From: Octopus sinensis
Taxonomy: Eukaryota
Assembly: GCF_006345805.1 (NCBI RefSeq)
Contig: NC_043001.1
Coordinates: forward strand, 70,184,001 to 70,248,000
Direction of reading: 5' to 3'
Length of the DNA: 64,000 nucleotides
Below, piece after piece: positions 1 to 14,320 of the stretch. A program made the translations under genes and the position numbers. Each line of letters begins with the position of its first letter. The first letter of the stretch is position 1. A model generated the notes under the pieces. The model made no database searches. It was given only the letters and a program-made list of their open reading frames with translations, and was not told the origin of the DNA.

Positions 1-212
1 TTTGACTATTTATTAAAATTTATGTATTGATTAAGTCTTTCCTTGTTTGTTTTGCAAATAGTGGTTTTGTCTCTAATAATATTTTATAATATTTTACTAT
101 AAAATTGGATTTAATCCTAAATCTGATTTTTTTCCCTGTAAATTTGGATTTATTCCCTAATATTATATTATTTATATATATTATATATATATATATATAT
201 TATATATATATA

Positions 213-267
<55 letters not shown>

Positions 268-575
268 ATACATTGAGTACTCCTCCAATGATTGCTCTTA
301 AATACCACTATGCAGAGAAACAGCTACGTTACTGAAACGAATAAAAGATAAAATATATGATACATAGAAATATCGGCAGTTAGTCGTTTCTTTTCATCGA
401 GTGACCATTGTTCTCACGAATGTTACACTTTCTCTCACTACATACCATTCAAAATTCCAACCTTGAATTATGAATATATATATATATGTGTGTGTGTGTA
501 TGCATGTGTGTGTGTATGTGTGTGTGTGTGTGTAAAAATGTGAGAGAGAAAGATATAGAAAGAGAGAGAGAGAGA

Positions 576-612
<37 letters not shown>

Positions 613-1168
613 AGAAAGAAAGAAGAAAGAAAGAAGAAAGAAAGAAAGAAAGAAAAAAAGGAGGTAAGAAAGGAAAAAATAACGAAAGTGTCTTTCAGAA
701 GTAATGCCTGATACTCGCCTAAGTTTTCAAAGAGTGAAAGTACTATCAGAGAAGAACACATGATGATATCTCTGTACATTTTTTTTCTTGTTTGCATATT
801 TCGTTTTAAGCTACTTTCCAAGAAAGCAGACATATAATAGAATCAATATTTGTTTATAATTACTATTCTTCGACAGATTCGTGGAAACAGCAAGCGTATA
901 TTCAAGAGAAAATAAATATAAGGATACAACTTTCGAAGGAACTATAGAAAAAGTAAAAAATATTACGAAACATTTAACTGCGAAGACTCTCAATGAAATT
1001 GTACATTTACTTGCATTACTCTGACAATCGTTATATCATATATAAGAGGTGAAAATCAAAGGAAAATGTGATTCTCTCTCTCCCTATTTCTCGTTCTCCC
1101 CATCTCTCTCCCCGTTTCCTTCCTTAATCCTCTGTCTCTCTATTTCTCTCCTTCTTTCTCTGTCTCCT

Positions 1169-1219
<51 letters not shown>

Positions 1220-1250
1220 GCATAACACATACATATATATATATATACTC

Positions 1251-1619
1251 TCTTTTTTACTCTTTTTACTTGTTTCAGTCATTTGAATGCGGCCATGCTG
1301 GAGCACCGCCTTTAGTCGAGCAAATCGACCCCGGGACTTATTCTTTGTAAGCCCAGTACTTATTCTATCGGTCTCTTTTTGCCGAACCGCTAAGTGACGG
1401 GGACAAAGAGAGACAGACATACAAACACACACATACATATATATATATTTATATACGACAGGCTTCTTTCAGTTTCCGTCTACCAATCCACTCACAAAGG
1501 CATTGGTCGGCCCGGGGCTATAGCAAAAGACACTTGCCCAAGATGCCACGCAGTGGACTGAACCCGGAACCATGAGGCTGTTTAGCAAGCTACTTACCCA
1601 CACAGCGACTCCTGCGCCT
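1251..1619 (-). mobile_element. tRNA-derived SINE, family A, near full length
   Basis: Minus strand starts AGGCGCAGGAGTCGCTGTGTGG (A-box-like), then GGTTCAGTCC (B-box-like), TTGGGCAAGTGTCTT, a central TA/TG tract and tail GGCGGTGCTCCAGCATGGCCGC...CTGAAACAAGTAAAAAG. About 10 related copies occur in the window. Confidence 0.9.
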
Positions 1620-1721
1620 ATATACATACATATAAATATGCATACTACATACATACACACATATATATACAAATGCATATATATAAATATATACATATAT
1701 ATATAATATATTATATATATA

Positions 1722-1762
<41 letters not shown>

Positions 1763-2611
1763 ACACACACACACACACCACACACATATACTGTGTTTAC
1801 TCTTTTTACTCTTGCGGGTCCGAGGTCGTTGTAAATTCTTGGTAGGGAAGAAGAAGAAGAAGAAGAAGAAGAAGAATGCAGGAGTACCATGTTTGTATAT
1901 TAAATGGTCAAGTGTCCTGAGCGTGACACATTGTGGATGGTAGTAGTGATTGAATTCCTGAAACATCTCTTTTGAATGGCTTGTTTATAAAATTTGCGTA
2001 GGTGTTATTCCAAACAGCAATAGTGATAAAGCTAGGAAGGAGGTGGCGGAGAGGAAGAGGATGAAGAGAAAGATGAAGAAGAAAGAGGAGGGAGAATAAG
2101 AAGGAATGTCGGTAGTATAATAGCAGTAAGGTGTTAAATGGTCAAGTGACTTAAAATTGGCACGTTATGGATTATAGCAGTGCCTGGGACTGTTTTTTAA
2201 TAGATTCTTGGGAATCCCTTGAGTGTATCATTTTTAATATTTGCGTGTGTGGCCCATAAGAAAAAATGTAAAAGACCTAATATCTCATTTGTAAGGTCAT
2301 TGTGTTATTTTTGGTAAGAGGCTTGTGCCTCATTGTAAGGACCTTGTGCCCAATGGAACATAAGTAAGAGTTTTATTACCACAAATTGTGTGTTTTGTAA
2401 AAGAACAATGATTTAGAGAAGCAGCGATGGGCGGACGTCGTCTGCCTTCTCTCATTAATGCCATCATTCATCTCATTAATGTTATTGTCCAGCCCACAGC
2501 TACTACTTCTATGTAATGCCTTGATCGCAAATTGAATAAAATAAAGAAGCTTTTTTTCCTAACCATATGGCTCATGGTTCATCCCACTGCGTGGAATGTA
2601 AATATATATTA

Positions 2612-2642
<31 letters not shown>

Positions 2643-2650
2643 GATATATA

Positions 2651-2846
2651 CTATCAGAGGCACTCGGCGTCGCCCGAGAATGAAAATTTTCCTTACATGT
2701 AGGATGAAAAGACAAAATATATTGTATAGAATTTTTCTTATTCTAGTTGCATTTCTTCTTCAATTGGGATACTTTATACTTTAATTCGGAAATCAATTCT
2801 GAATTCATAATGCAAAATATTAATAGGAATAATAATAATAATAATA

Positions 2847-2890
<44 letters not shown>

Positions 2891-2899
2891 TGATATAAG

Positions 2900-2940
<41 letters not shown>

Positions 2941-2963
2941 TATAATAATAATGATATGAATAT

Positions 2964-3018
<55 letters not shown>

Positions 3019-3117
3019 TAATAATATAATAATAATAATAATAAGAATATAATGATAGAATGATAATATAATATAATAATAATAATAATATAATAATAAT
3101 AACAATAATAATAATAA

Positions 3118-3150
<33 letters not shown>

Positions 3151-4550
3151 TAATAATAAGAAGAAGAAGAAAAGAAGAAGAAGAAGAAGAAGAGAAGAAA
3201 AGAAGAAGAATAAGAAAAAAAGAAGAAGAAGAAGAAGAATCGGAAATACAAAATTTACTACTATGAAAGGAGATAAATTGTACCACGTATGTTGAAGGAA
3301 ATTATGTAAGATGTTCTGGGTAAACAACATTCTTCGTTTTCTGGTTTGGAGCATAGACAAATAAGTCTTGCAAACTACTTACCCTGGAGCAACCAATTTA
3401 AAGCTGACCACAAGAAAAGCTAGCCAGTAGATTTTAAAACTGACCTTGAGCTTTATTAATAGACTTTGCAAAGCAAAGTCACACTGGGAATTACGTTCGT
3501 TTGAACTCAAATGGTACATTTGTTGGTTTGATTGGAATTCTTGGAATGAAAACCTCTTCCCCGGAGGCACGTCCAGTGATGATGGTAGCTTCTGTCACGT
3601 TAGGTGATAATGTCTTCACAATCAACCTTGTCTCATTGCATAATGTAGGAAGATCTAAATTTCTTAGAAGCATTATTATGATTCCTACCTTCAGAAAAAA
3701 TTATGTGGAGGAATTCCAGTTGGTGCAAGAGATTTAAGGAACTCTGTTGGGAAATGGACAGCTTGATTTTCACCAAAGACTCAACTGATTTGTGCTTCTT
3801 AATGACTGTTGGAATCTTATTCATTAATTCATGGTTAATCCTTGCTACTGTCTCATATTTTTGAATAAGAATTGCCCTTTCACACAACCATTTATGTGAA
3901 TTATAATCATGACTTAAATCTGTCAATACATTGTTCCTCAATTCAGCTGGGGAATTCACCATGATAGCAATATGAGCAAAACAGATATTACTATTGGTAC
4001 TTTCCTATTTCCTAATTGGAGGAGCCAGGTTGAAAAGTGTTTTGTACATTGGTCTCCATGTAATAAAGCTCGCACGTTAGTATTGAAGCAGAATTTCAGT
4101 ACTTTATTCCATAGGAGTGAAGACTTAATGCATTTATTTCATCAGATCTTGCTAATATCAGAATGACTGGTAATGTCTGTCTGAAGTCTCCTGATAAAAC
4201 TAATGTCACTCCTCCCATAGATTTATTGTCGCGTCTGATGTCCTGTAAGGAATTACCAAGAACTTCCAGTGCACCTCTATGTGACATGGTACATTCATCC
4301 CAAATGATAAGGTGACATTGGCACAACACTTCTGCTGAACCTGAATCTTTACTTATGTTACAAACTGGACTGTAACTTGCGACCAGGTTTAGTAGTAATT
4401 TAAAAGCAGAATGAGCTGTTCCTCTTCCTGGGAGAATGGTGGCAGCAAAGCCAGACAATAGTACAGCAAACACAATTTTTTGTTGCCTTACCTTGGGGAG
4501 ATGCAATGTGACAAATGTCAAGGAAGAACATTTCCTTGCTTTTTTCTGAC
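2651..4550 (-). mobile_element. Helitron, 5'-truncated and frameshifted, PIF1-type helicase remnant
   Basis: Minus ORFs give LIIWDECTM, GGVTLVLSGDFRQTLPV, WLCERAIL, MLLRNLDLPTLCNETRLIV and EEVFIPRIP (PIF1/Helitron motifs). The 3' end has hairpin CTCGG-GCGACG-CCGAG about 10 nt before ...GATAG (CTAG-like) at 2651. A (TAA)n/(GAA)n tract lies at 2820-3240. Confidence 0.92.
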
Positions 4551-5452
4551 GAATGTGGAACGCAGCAAGCACACACACATACACACACACACACACACGC
4601 ACACAAGGATACATATACATGCAGTATCAAAAATCAGATGAAATGGACGTGTGTGTGAGAGAGAGATGGAGAGAGAGAGAGAGAGGGATCGTGTATAATG
4701 GTGTGATGTCATGTACACGTACATACATAAATAAATAGGCATACATCTTGTATATATGTGTGCGTGTGTAAAACAGAGAGAGAGAGGGGGGAGTGCCACT
4801 TAGACATTACACTCTCACTCTCTCTCTCACATACAAACATACATACATATGTATTTATAGGTGTACTTATACTTGAAATCACACCCCTTCACTCACTCAC
4901 ACAAACACACACATACATAAATGTATATAAACGTACATTAAAAAACACACGTGTGCGTGTGTGACTGCCTACAAATACATAGAGCTGAACACGGCGTGAA
5001 AAGGAAAATAAATAAAAAATAGACAAATAATGAACGAGATGGACATAAATAAAAGCACGTTTAAATAAAGAGGAGCAAGTTAAAGCTATCTCGTACCGTA
5101 TATTTAAATTTGTGAACTTAGTAAATAATTTTTTTCAGTAATTTATCGTTAGCTGTTTAAAAATAGAGAATAAAAACTTGGAATGAAAGCATTAATATTA
5201 GGCAGGGACAGAGTTCAATGTTTTTACATCAATACTGTATGTTGACATTGCGACACCTCTTTAAAGAAGTGAATCATAAATATAAAGCAATATTTTATAT
5301 TTTTAATAACAAAAATCAAGTTGTGAGCCTATGATTTGTCCAAGGTGGAATTATTCATGCGTCACAAGTATGAAAGCAATTGATGAAGCCGTTTTCGCGT
5401 GAAAAGAGAATACACACACTTCTCTAATTTATATAATATTAGAATATTAGAG

Positions 5453-5483
<31 letters not shown>

Positions 5484-5547
5484 ATATATACATATATATA
5501 TATATATAAATATATATATATATGTATATATATATAGATAGATAGAT

Positions 5548-5645
<98 letters not shown>

Positions 5646-5654
5646 TTTTGTGTA

Positions 5655-5850
5655 TTTGTCCCACCCAAATATCGCTTGAGAACCGATGTCGTTGTGTTTA
5701 TGTCCCAGTAACTTAACGGTTCGGCAAAAGCGCCAGATAGAATAAGTACAAGGCTTACAAAGAATATCTTTTGGAGTCGATTTGCTCGCCTGAAGGCGTT
5801 GCTTCAGCATGGCTGCAGTCAAATGATTGACACAGTAAATGAATCAAAGA
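5655..5850 (+). mobile_element. SINE family A, 3' half
   Basis: AACCGATGTCGTTGTGTTTATGTCCCAGTAACTTAACGGTTCGGCAAAAG...CAGCATGGCTGCAGTCAAATGATTGACAC matches the 3' half of 1251-1619. Confidence 0.85.
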
Positions 5851-5943
<93 letters not shown>

Positions 5944-5964
5944 TGTGTGGTGTGTGTGTGTGTG

Positions 5965-6425
5965 TACAAAATACCGTGTATAATTAAAACAATAAGAAGT
6001 CCATCATAGGAATGCCTTGCGCTAGAAAGAACAGTTAAAGACCAAGCCACTAATTAAGGATAAATTCTCGAAGGGAAGGAAAAATAAAAACATTTACAAT
6101 CTAATTAAATTCCCGGACCATGGTTTCTGACTGATTCAGTAGGATAAAATTTTACTGAAATAATTTAGAAACCATGGTCCGGGAATTTAATTAGATGGTA
6201 AATGTTTTTATTTTTCCTTCCATTCGAGAATTTATCCTTAATTGGTGGCTTGGTCTTTAACTGTTCTTTCTAGTGCAAGGCATTCCTATGATGGAAGACT
6301 CTTAATGTGTTTTAATGTACCCGGTATTTTATATGAATAATATATAGTCTATTGACTAAATCTTTTACGCTAGACAATTGGAAGTAAAAATTTCTATATT
6401 TTTTATTACCCTGATATTATTTATA
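5965..6425. repeat. Long fold-back inverted repeat, probably a Penelope terminal-repeat (pLTR) derivative
   Basis: 6001-6128 is the reverse complement of about 6167-6294 with 4 mismatches in 128 bp. Arms extend imperfectly to about 5965 and 6331. Flanked by TA/TG microsatellites. Confidence 0.85.
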
Positions 6426-6714
6426 TATATACATATACGTATGCACACGCGCGCACGCATACACACACACACACACACAAATATATATGCATATATATGT
6501 ATATATTCATGTATATGTGTACCTATATATATTATTTATATTATATATATATATATTATATATATATGGGGGGGGCGTGTGTGTGTCGTTACATAAAGCA
6601 ATCATCTCATCACACAGAACATTTTCATCCATCACATATGTATTTACTCGATCCGTTGACGTCAGGAGACGTTGAAAGGCTATATAATTTTGAACTGTTT
6701 GTAACCCTTTAGTC

Positions 6715-7198
6715 AAGGGTACCTCCTGATCATTGGAGCTTTACAAGAGAAGTGACAATCAGTTGTCGAATCATGGCTATTATATGGCAGTGAAACATGG
6801 ACACTGACAAAGTAATTATCAAATTATCAAATGTACTAAATGGATGCTACACAAGGATGTTACCCATGGCGCTAAATGTAAAATGGAAGCAACATATGAC
6901 AAATAAATGCCTTTATTGAGACCTGCCGAAAGTTAGCGAGAGGATCAGAGAAAGACGTATGTGACTACTTGGTCACTGGTGGCGCCATTCTGAACTGGAA
7001 ACATCCAAATTAGTCATTTGGAACCCACTTTATGGTGATGTAAAAAGTGGAAAACGTCGTCACACTTACATCGACAACTTGATTGCAGACACTGGGCTGG
7101 AATGTATTCAGGACATCAAGGCAGTGATTACGGACCGAGAAGTGTGGCGGGTAGAAATTGCTAGTGCAGCCCGGGTTGGAACCCGGCAATAATAATAA
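6715..7198 (+). mobile_element. RTE-clade LINE 3' fragment
   Basis: Broken translation YGSETWTLTK...LNGCYTRMLPMALNVKWKQHMTNK...LPKVSERIRERR...LLGHWWRH...HTYIDNL, typical of the RTE C-terminus, ending in a short (TAA) tail. Confidence 0.85.
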
Positions 7199-7629
7199 AA
7201 ATAATTTGATATCCAATAAATTACTTTCTGGTATATGGTATTATCTGCAAACTAACAATAAATAGTCACGTGTACGCAGAACAGCAAATTCCAAAAGAAT
7301 GATGCAGACATTTTAGTAAGTTCGGACGTTTTAGAGTGTCTGAATAAATTTATGTGCTGCAAATATTAGTGGGTGGCGGGTGGTGAGCTGCTATAATTGT
7401 TGGGGCGTCTGAAGTAATGCTTTAGCTTCTTATTTCATTTAATATTTTTCTTTTAATTTCTGTTTTGTTTTTTTTCTTTTCTTTCATTTTTTGTTACTGA
7501 ATTGAAATCTCTCAGAGTTCAGTAAACGATGCCTTTCATTATTTCTAGGTGGATATAATAAAGTACCAGTGAAGTGCGAGGATCTATGTTGCTGAAAACT
7601 GCCATTCCGACCTATCAAAGTTTTAAAAC

Positions 7630-8015
7630 AAGTGTGGAAGGTAGTAAGAAGTCTGGTTCCTATCCACATGGTTTCAGGTCCAGTCCCACGACGTGGCATC
7701 TTGGGTAAATGTCTTCTACTAAACCATCGTACGGACTAAAACCTTGTGAGTGCATTCAGAAGACGGAGAATGAAAGAAATCCGTCGTATATATATGTGTG
7801 TGTGTCTGTGCATGTGTCTATATATGTGCGTATCTTTGTGTCTGTGTTTGTACCCCACAAAAGATTGACAATCGGCGTTACTATGTATACATCCCAGTAA
7901 TTCAGCGGCAGGGGAATAAAGAAACAATAGAATAAGTACCAGGCTAAAAAATGTGTATGTACTGGGATCGATAATTTCGACTAAAATCCTTCAAGACTAC
8001 AGTATGGCCGCAGTA
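7630..8015 (+). mobile_element. SINE family A, diverged
   Basis: GTGTGGAAGGTAGTAAGAAG...GGTCCAGTCCCACGACGTGGCATCTTGGGTAAATGTCTTCTACTA, central TG tract, tail GTATGGCCGCAG. Confidence 0.8.
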
Positions 8016-8410
8016 TAAAGAAGGAAGATGACTAGTTTTAGAATATAGAATAGATATCATAATGTCGTAGTGACATATTTTCAAAACCTGAGTGCTGTGA
8101 TACACATTTTAACACTCGATCCCATCGAGGTAAAATACTTTCAATAAAGAATAAGTTTTTGATGGAGATGGAGATGGCCTTAGAGAAAATCATAATTGAT
8201 TTTTCTCTCTGTCCATATGTACAAACACTCACAAACACATGCTAATGTGCATATACACATATATACATGTATTTAATGATATAAACATTCTCACACCTGT
8301 GCATATTTATACACATATATGCTCAGATGCATACATGCGTATATATATGTATATATAAAGATATATATACACTCGTATATGAACATATATATATATATAT
8401 ATATATATAT

Positions 8411-9039
8411 ACATGCAGAATACATTCTTGTACATACGTGTGTATATGTTATGTTTATACGTATGCATATATATGTATGTATGTATGTATGTATATATGT
8501 ATGTATGCATATATGTATTCATGTACGGCCATCTTTATATGTCTATATAACTTTGTGTGTGTGTGTATCTTTGTAATCAACGTTCCTTAAGTAATTTATG
8601 ACAGTGGTGCGTAGCTTCATTTCGGAATTTCAAAAATATGACACTAACGTTGACATTTTTAGTGAGATGTGTTAAAGATTTATAATGTAAAATCCCTTTG
8701 CGACAAGTCTCTCATTCCATGATAAATGAAGGAAAATATGGCATGCATTATATATGTAATATGGGACTGGTTAGATGAATTTCGAAAATACTGTGTTAAT
8801 ATTCTTGTGTTTACTGGAAATATGCTCCTTCTTCAAATTACAATCTTTTCGATGTGTTCTAAAATCAATATATTTCTGCATATGAATATACCTTGAATTT
8901 CAAGGAACGGCTGCAGTTGAGAGTGCTTGTTCGAAGTTTTACTGTTCAGCTCTCCTCATTTAATTATATAATATGCTACTTTCAAACTTACACACACAGA
9001 CACATACACACATACACACACACACACACACAAACATTT

Positions 9040-9071
<32 letters not shown>

Positions 9072-9693
9072 ACATGCAGAATACATTCTTGTACATACGT
9101 GTGTATATGTTATGTTTATACGTATGCATATATGTATGTATGTATGTATGTATATATGTATGTATGCATATATGTATTCATGTACGGCCATCTTTATATG
9201 TCTATATAACTTTGTGTGTGTGTGTATCTTTGTAATCAACGTTCCTTAAGTAATTTATGACAGTGGTGCGTAGCTTCATTTCGGAATTTCAAAAATATGA
9301 CACTAACGTTGACATTTTTAGTGAGATGTGTTAAAGATTTATAATGTAAAATCCCTTTGCGACAAGTCTCTCATTCCATGATAAATGAAGGAAAATATGG
9401 CATGCATTATATATGTAATATGGGACTGGTTAGATGAATTTCGAAAATACTGTGTTAATATTCTTGTGTTTACTGGAAATATGCTCCTTCTTCAAATTAC
9501 AATCTTTTCGATGTGTTCTAAAATCAATATATTTCTGCATATGAATATACCTTGAATTTCAAGGAACGGCTGCAGTTGAGAGTGCTTGTTCGAAGTTTTA
9601 CTGTTCAGCTCTCCTCATTTAATTATATAATATGCTACTTTCAAACTTACACACACAGACACATACACACATACACACACACACACACACAAC

Positions 9694-9730
<37 letters not shown>
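8411..9730 (+). repeat. Tandem duplication, unit about 660 bp
   Basis: 8411-9050 recurs at 9072-9710. The unique core (8582 vs 9241, offset 659) appears identical by eye; only the microsatellite lengths differ. Confidence 0.97.
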
Positions 9731-9742
<12 letters not shown>

Positions 9743-9807
9743 TATACGTATATATATACATATATATATATCATATATATACATATACATACATATATAC
9801 ATATATA

Positions 9808-9842
<35 letters not shown>

Positions 9843-9874
9843 ATGTATGTATGTATGTATGTATATGTATGCAT

Positions 9875-10340
9875 TCCATATATTTGGAGACATTTTCAAT
9901 TGTTGTAGCCCTCCATCCTTTATGTGAACCTCCATAGACGTCCTCTAATAGGAAGATGTTCAGGATTTTTGTCATAGCCTCCGTCGTCTTCTTCATCAGC
10001 TTGGAAAACAAGCAAAACTGATGCGCAACAATATTTTCATTGTTATGAGTGTGAGGGACATTTTTGATGCTATCTCTGTCAAGATGGATTTGCTAACTTT
10101 TATATTATCCTGGTGCTGTTCCTCTGGCTTCTTTCGACGAAATTTCTCTTTATCTTCTTCAAAGTTTCCTAAACATTGCTCAGCATGTGATCGGGGGTTA
10201 CGAATAGGTACAGATGAAGCCCTTGTTCTCGGAAAAGGGGTTCACCACGAATCTCCCTTTGCTTGACCTGATATCCATGCAAGAAATATATGCAGATCAT
10301 ATCAGTTAATCCCAAAGTATTCTGGTACAATTCATAAGTT
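9875..10340 (-). mobile_element. Possible highly decayed LINE RT fragment
   Basis: Non-repetitive, protein-like stretch with weak resemblance to the RT QGD..PYLF region (VKQREIRGEPLFREQGLHLYLFVTPDHML). Multiple stops. Confidence 0.3.
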
Positions 10341-11646
10341 TCTTAGCTCTTCTGCCCAGTTTAACAGAAAATTTATTGCGTAGCTAGCTTCTGATTTGCC
10401 TTCATATATATAAGATGGACAGGAATAATAAGTTGGAAGGGGGAAAATGAAATGGAATTTGTTATATACAGTAACGATATCAACTTATTCGCAAGTCGTG
10501 TGATAAGAATATCAATCTACACATATCGCTTTGAGAGAAATGGTCGACCTACAAACTCAAAGGTAGTATCAAATTTGGAAAGTGTCACCGAAATCCGTTG
10601 ACGTCCCATAATATATGTGAATTACGGCGGTGGTATCCATGTTGAAATATTACATATGTAGATGAATACTGCATTTATGGAGAGTGCCCACTAAAGTATG
10701 TTCTTTTATATTTGTTCTTTTACTAGCAGTTCATTTTCTAATAGCCATCAACGAACTCCAGCAATCAAGTCATTCCAATAATTTCTACATTCGGTAATCT
10801 GAGTCTAAACCAGTCAGGTCTTTTCTTAGGGGCTTGCAAAACTTTAAGCACCATGAAGCTTAATCAATCTCTTTTAAATTGTGTGTGTGTGGGGGGGTAT
10901 GTGTGTGTGTGTGGGTGTGTGTGTGTGTGTTAAATACAGAACCAAGAGAGCTAGTAATAGTTTCATGATACGTTAAATGGACATACCTATAAAACACGCC
11001 ATGTATTACCGAGCGATATTCCACGCTCCGTTTATGCATTATATATATAATTTTAAAAAGTCGCTAGACAGTGAGTAAATTAAACACGTGAAACAAAAAC
11101 GTGAAGCGGACTGATTGACGTTTCCATTTTATGCAATCAACCAAGATAACCGCACAAAATAGTGATATTCGATAGTGAATCACATGTAAAGTTTACATAA
11201 TTCATGATGTTTTAATGGAAACACTTAAACATACTCTCTTCTTTTCTAGTCCCGTGTATATAAAGGTATATGAATATATATTCCTGTACGTATATATACA
11301 TACATATTTATATATGTGTACATATATATGTAGGTATGTGTGTGCGTCCATGCCTGCGCGTTAGTGTTCCACTAGTTGTTATATATATATATATATACAC
11401 ACACACACGCACATACATACATATATACATATATACATGCATATATATATAAATATATAGAAACAACACATACATATACACACACACACACATATATATA
11501 TATACATATATATGCTATTTCTAATGAGTTCAGTATGTGGCAAAGTAATTTATTTTACTAAGCCCTTATATATAATATATATATATATATATGTAAATAT
11601 ATATATGCACACATACATATACTTACATATATATATATATATATTA

Positions 11647-11677
<31 letters not shown>

Positions 11678-12328
11678 GTGGTGATCTAATGAAAGTGCTT
11701 CTCATAACCTCAGAATGACCAGAAAACTGTCTAGGAACATTTAATGCTATAAAATTTTGCAGACAATAGATTTATCCATTTATTTAATTTGGCAACCTTT
11801 TAATATTTTTTTAGTTTCCATTTATTTACTTATCTTTTTATTTATTGCATCCATTTTGTTTCTTCAGAGATATATGCACAAATCACACAACCATTAAAAG
11901 TCAACTTTGACAATCACACAAATTTTACAGTAAGTATTTTGGTATTTTTTCTGTGGCAGGTGGCTGCGATGGTGGGGCGTTTTGATTAGTTGTCTTTTGT
12001 TGTTGTTTCATATAAAGTTTCTAGTGGATTTTGATCGGTTCATCTCTGTCATCACGATGTTAATGCAAAAAGTAAAATGAAAAAATGACAACTTTGTTAA
12101 AAGGAAACACGCACACTATTATAAACCCAAGCACGTAGGCCTGATACATGCATACACACATACATGTATACATTCATTATTTACTAAAATGCGTTTGTGA
12201 TGCGCGTTTTATAATTGATTCCCTGATAATATTGCATGTGTGTGTGTATAATATACGTATATGTGGGTGCCTGTGTATAATTGGTTTCTGGTATTATATA
12301 TCCGTACACACACACACACACACACACA

Positions 12329-12372
<44 letters not shown>

Positions 12373-14009
12373 CTGCTTCCATCTCCTGAGCGCCTATTAA
12401 TAATAATACTGTAATTGTTCCTGTTGTTGTTGTTTTTTTGTTTCCCTTTTGGATTAAAATTATATATATATATATATACATGTATATATATATATATACA
12501 TACATACACCAGTATATATCTGTATATTTATGTTTAGCTCTATAGACAAAGATATAAAAAATCGATTAAAATGTTTTTATAAATACTTTGTGATTCTCTG
12601 AGTGTTTTTTTTTTACAGAAATGATCATACACACGTATACATGTTTGTGGATTTTGTTTCTTGCGTGTGTGCGATTGTGTATGTGACGTGTGTATATGTG
12701 TCTTATATTTAATATATGTATGTTTATCGAAACATACATATATCACTGTCAACTTCTGTATAAATGTTTTCGTCTCCAGCCAGTCTTATAATGCGGTACG
12801 TCTAATATTATGTGTTATGTACTGCATTGTGGCTACAATTTTACGATGTTCAGCTAGTATGCTTTGTGACTATATACATGTATATATATTTTTTCCCGTT
12901 CTTTTCCATGTAACAACCTATCGTTAGCTTAATCTCTCCATCCATATACTTCTCCATTTTCTTTTTATATTTAAGTATTCGTATTCGCATTTTCATTAGC
13001 ATATATATCCACATACGCTCGCGCGCACACACGCATACGCACACACACATATATATGCGTGTATATATATATATATATGTACGTACATATACTTATCTAT
13101 ATATATGTGTGTGTGTGTGCGTGTGTGTGTGTCTGCTTGTGTGCATGCGTGCTCGTGATTGTGTACGTTTGTGTATTTTAACTGACCTAGAAAAGGAAAA
13201 TAAGGAGAAAAAATATTCATATCGTAGATTTGTTTCGTGTGCTTACTTACAGGTATATTACCAATTTACATAAATTTAAAGCAGAAACGTTGGGCCAGTT
13301 AGGTTGTCAAAGGATGTAGTAACTAGAATTGACAAGCGCATTACTGGACGTATTCGACTATATCTTCCGAACCTTAAATGTAACAACAGTTTTAACTGAT
13401 AAATAAACAAAGAACAAAAAGGCATACTTTCTGTAGAACTTCATTCTCATTCCTATTATTGATCATATTAGTTAATAATATTTAAATCTACCGTGTGAAA
13501 CAAATAAATTCAGATTAAACACCATGTTTCATGAATTGAACCGACAGCCTAATGATCTTGAAGAGAATGCACTAAATAATAAGCCACACTTGTCCATATT
13601 TAATGTTTCTATGTCCCTCGTATACGTCTTGAAGGGTCATTGGGTATTAAATTCAAAATAAATTAATGAGCTATTTTTAGTTGTATTTTCATCATATTTT
13701 CTTTGCAATTATCAACGATATAACCTAAACTGTAGTGGTATGATATACGTTGGCAAAAAAGCAAATGTATAATTTTAAATACATAATATACGCTTTCACT
13801 GATTCAATAAACACAGATCTTTAAATATTTATTCTATTGGATTAAAAACGGAGTTATTTTTCCAGTAAGATACATAACACTATAACCTGCAATAAAAACC
13901 CATTAATATGAAAGTCACGATCTAATTTTGTGACAAATAAAGACAGAACAAACGATTCACTGAAGCACAGGGTTTATACATATCGTCCACAGGACATCCG
14001 GTCCTTTTG

Positions 14010-14320
14010 TTTTTAGTTTTTATGTGTTTCTGTCATTAAAATGTGGCCATGCTGGAGGACCGCCTTCAATTTTTAGTCGAATGAATCGACCTCAGTATTT
14101 ACTTTTAAAGCCTGGTAACATATGGTAACGAGCTCTTTTTGCTGGACCAAAAAGTTGCGGTGACGCAAATACACCAACATCGGATGTAGGGCGGTGATGG
14201 GAGACACACACATGCACGCACACACACGTCCAAACACACACACACACACATATACATATACGACGGTCTCCTTTCAGTTTTTGTGTACCATATCCACTCA
14301 GAAGGCTTTGGTGGGCCTCG
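14010..14320 (-). mobile_element. SINE family A, 5'-truncated
   Basis: TGTGGCCATGCTGGAGGACCGCC...TCAGTTTTTGTGTACCATATCCACTCAGAAGGCTTTGG, homologous to 1251-1619. Confidence 0.8.

Noticed and set aside
3360-4620. Host PIF1 gene
   Set aside because: Intronless, frameshifted, with a Helitron 3' terminus.
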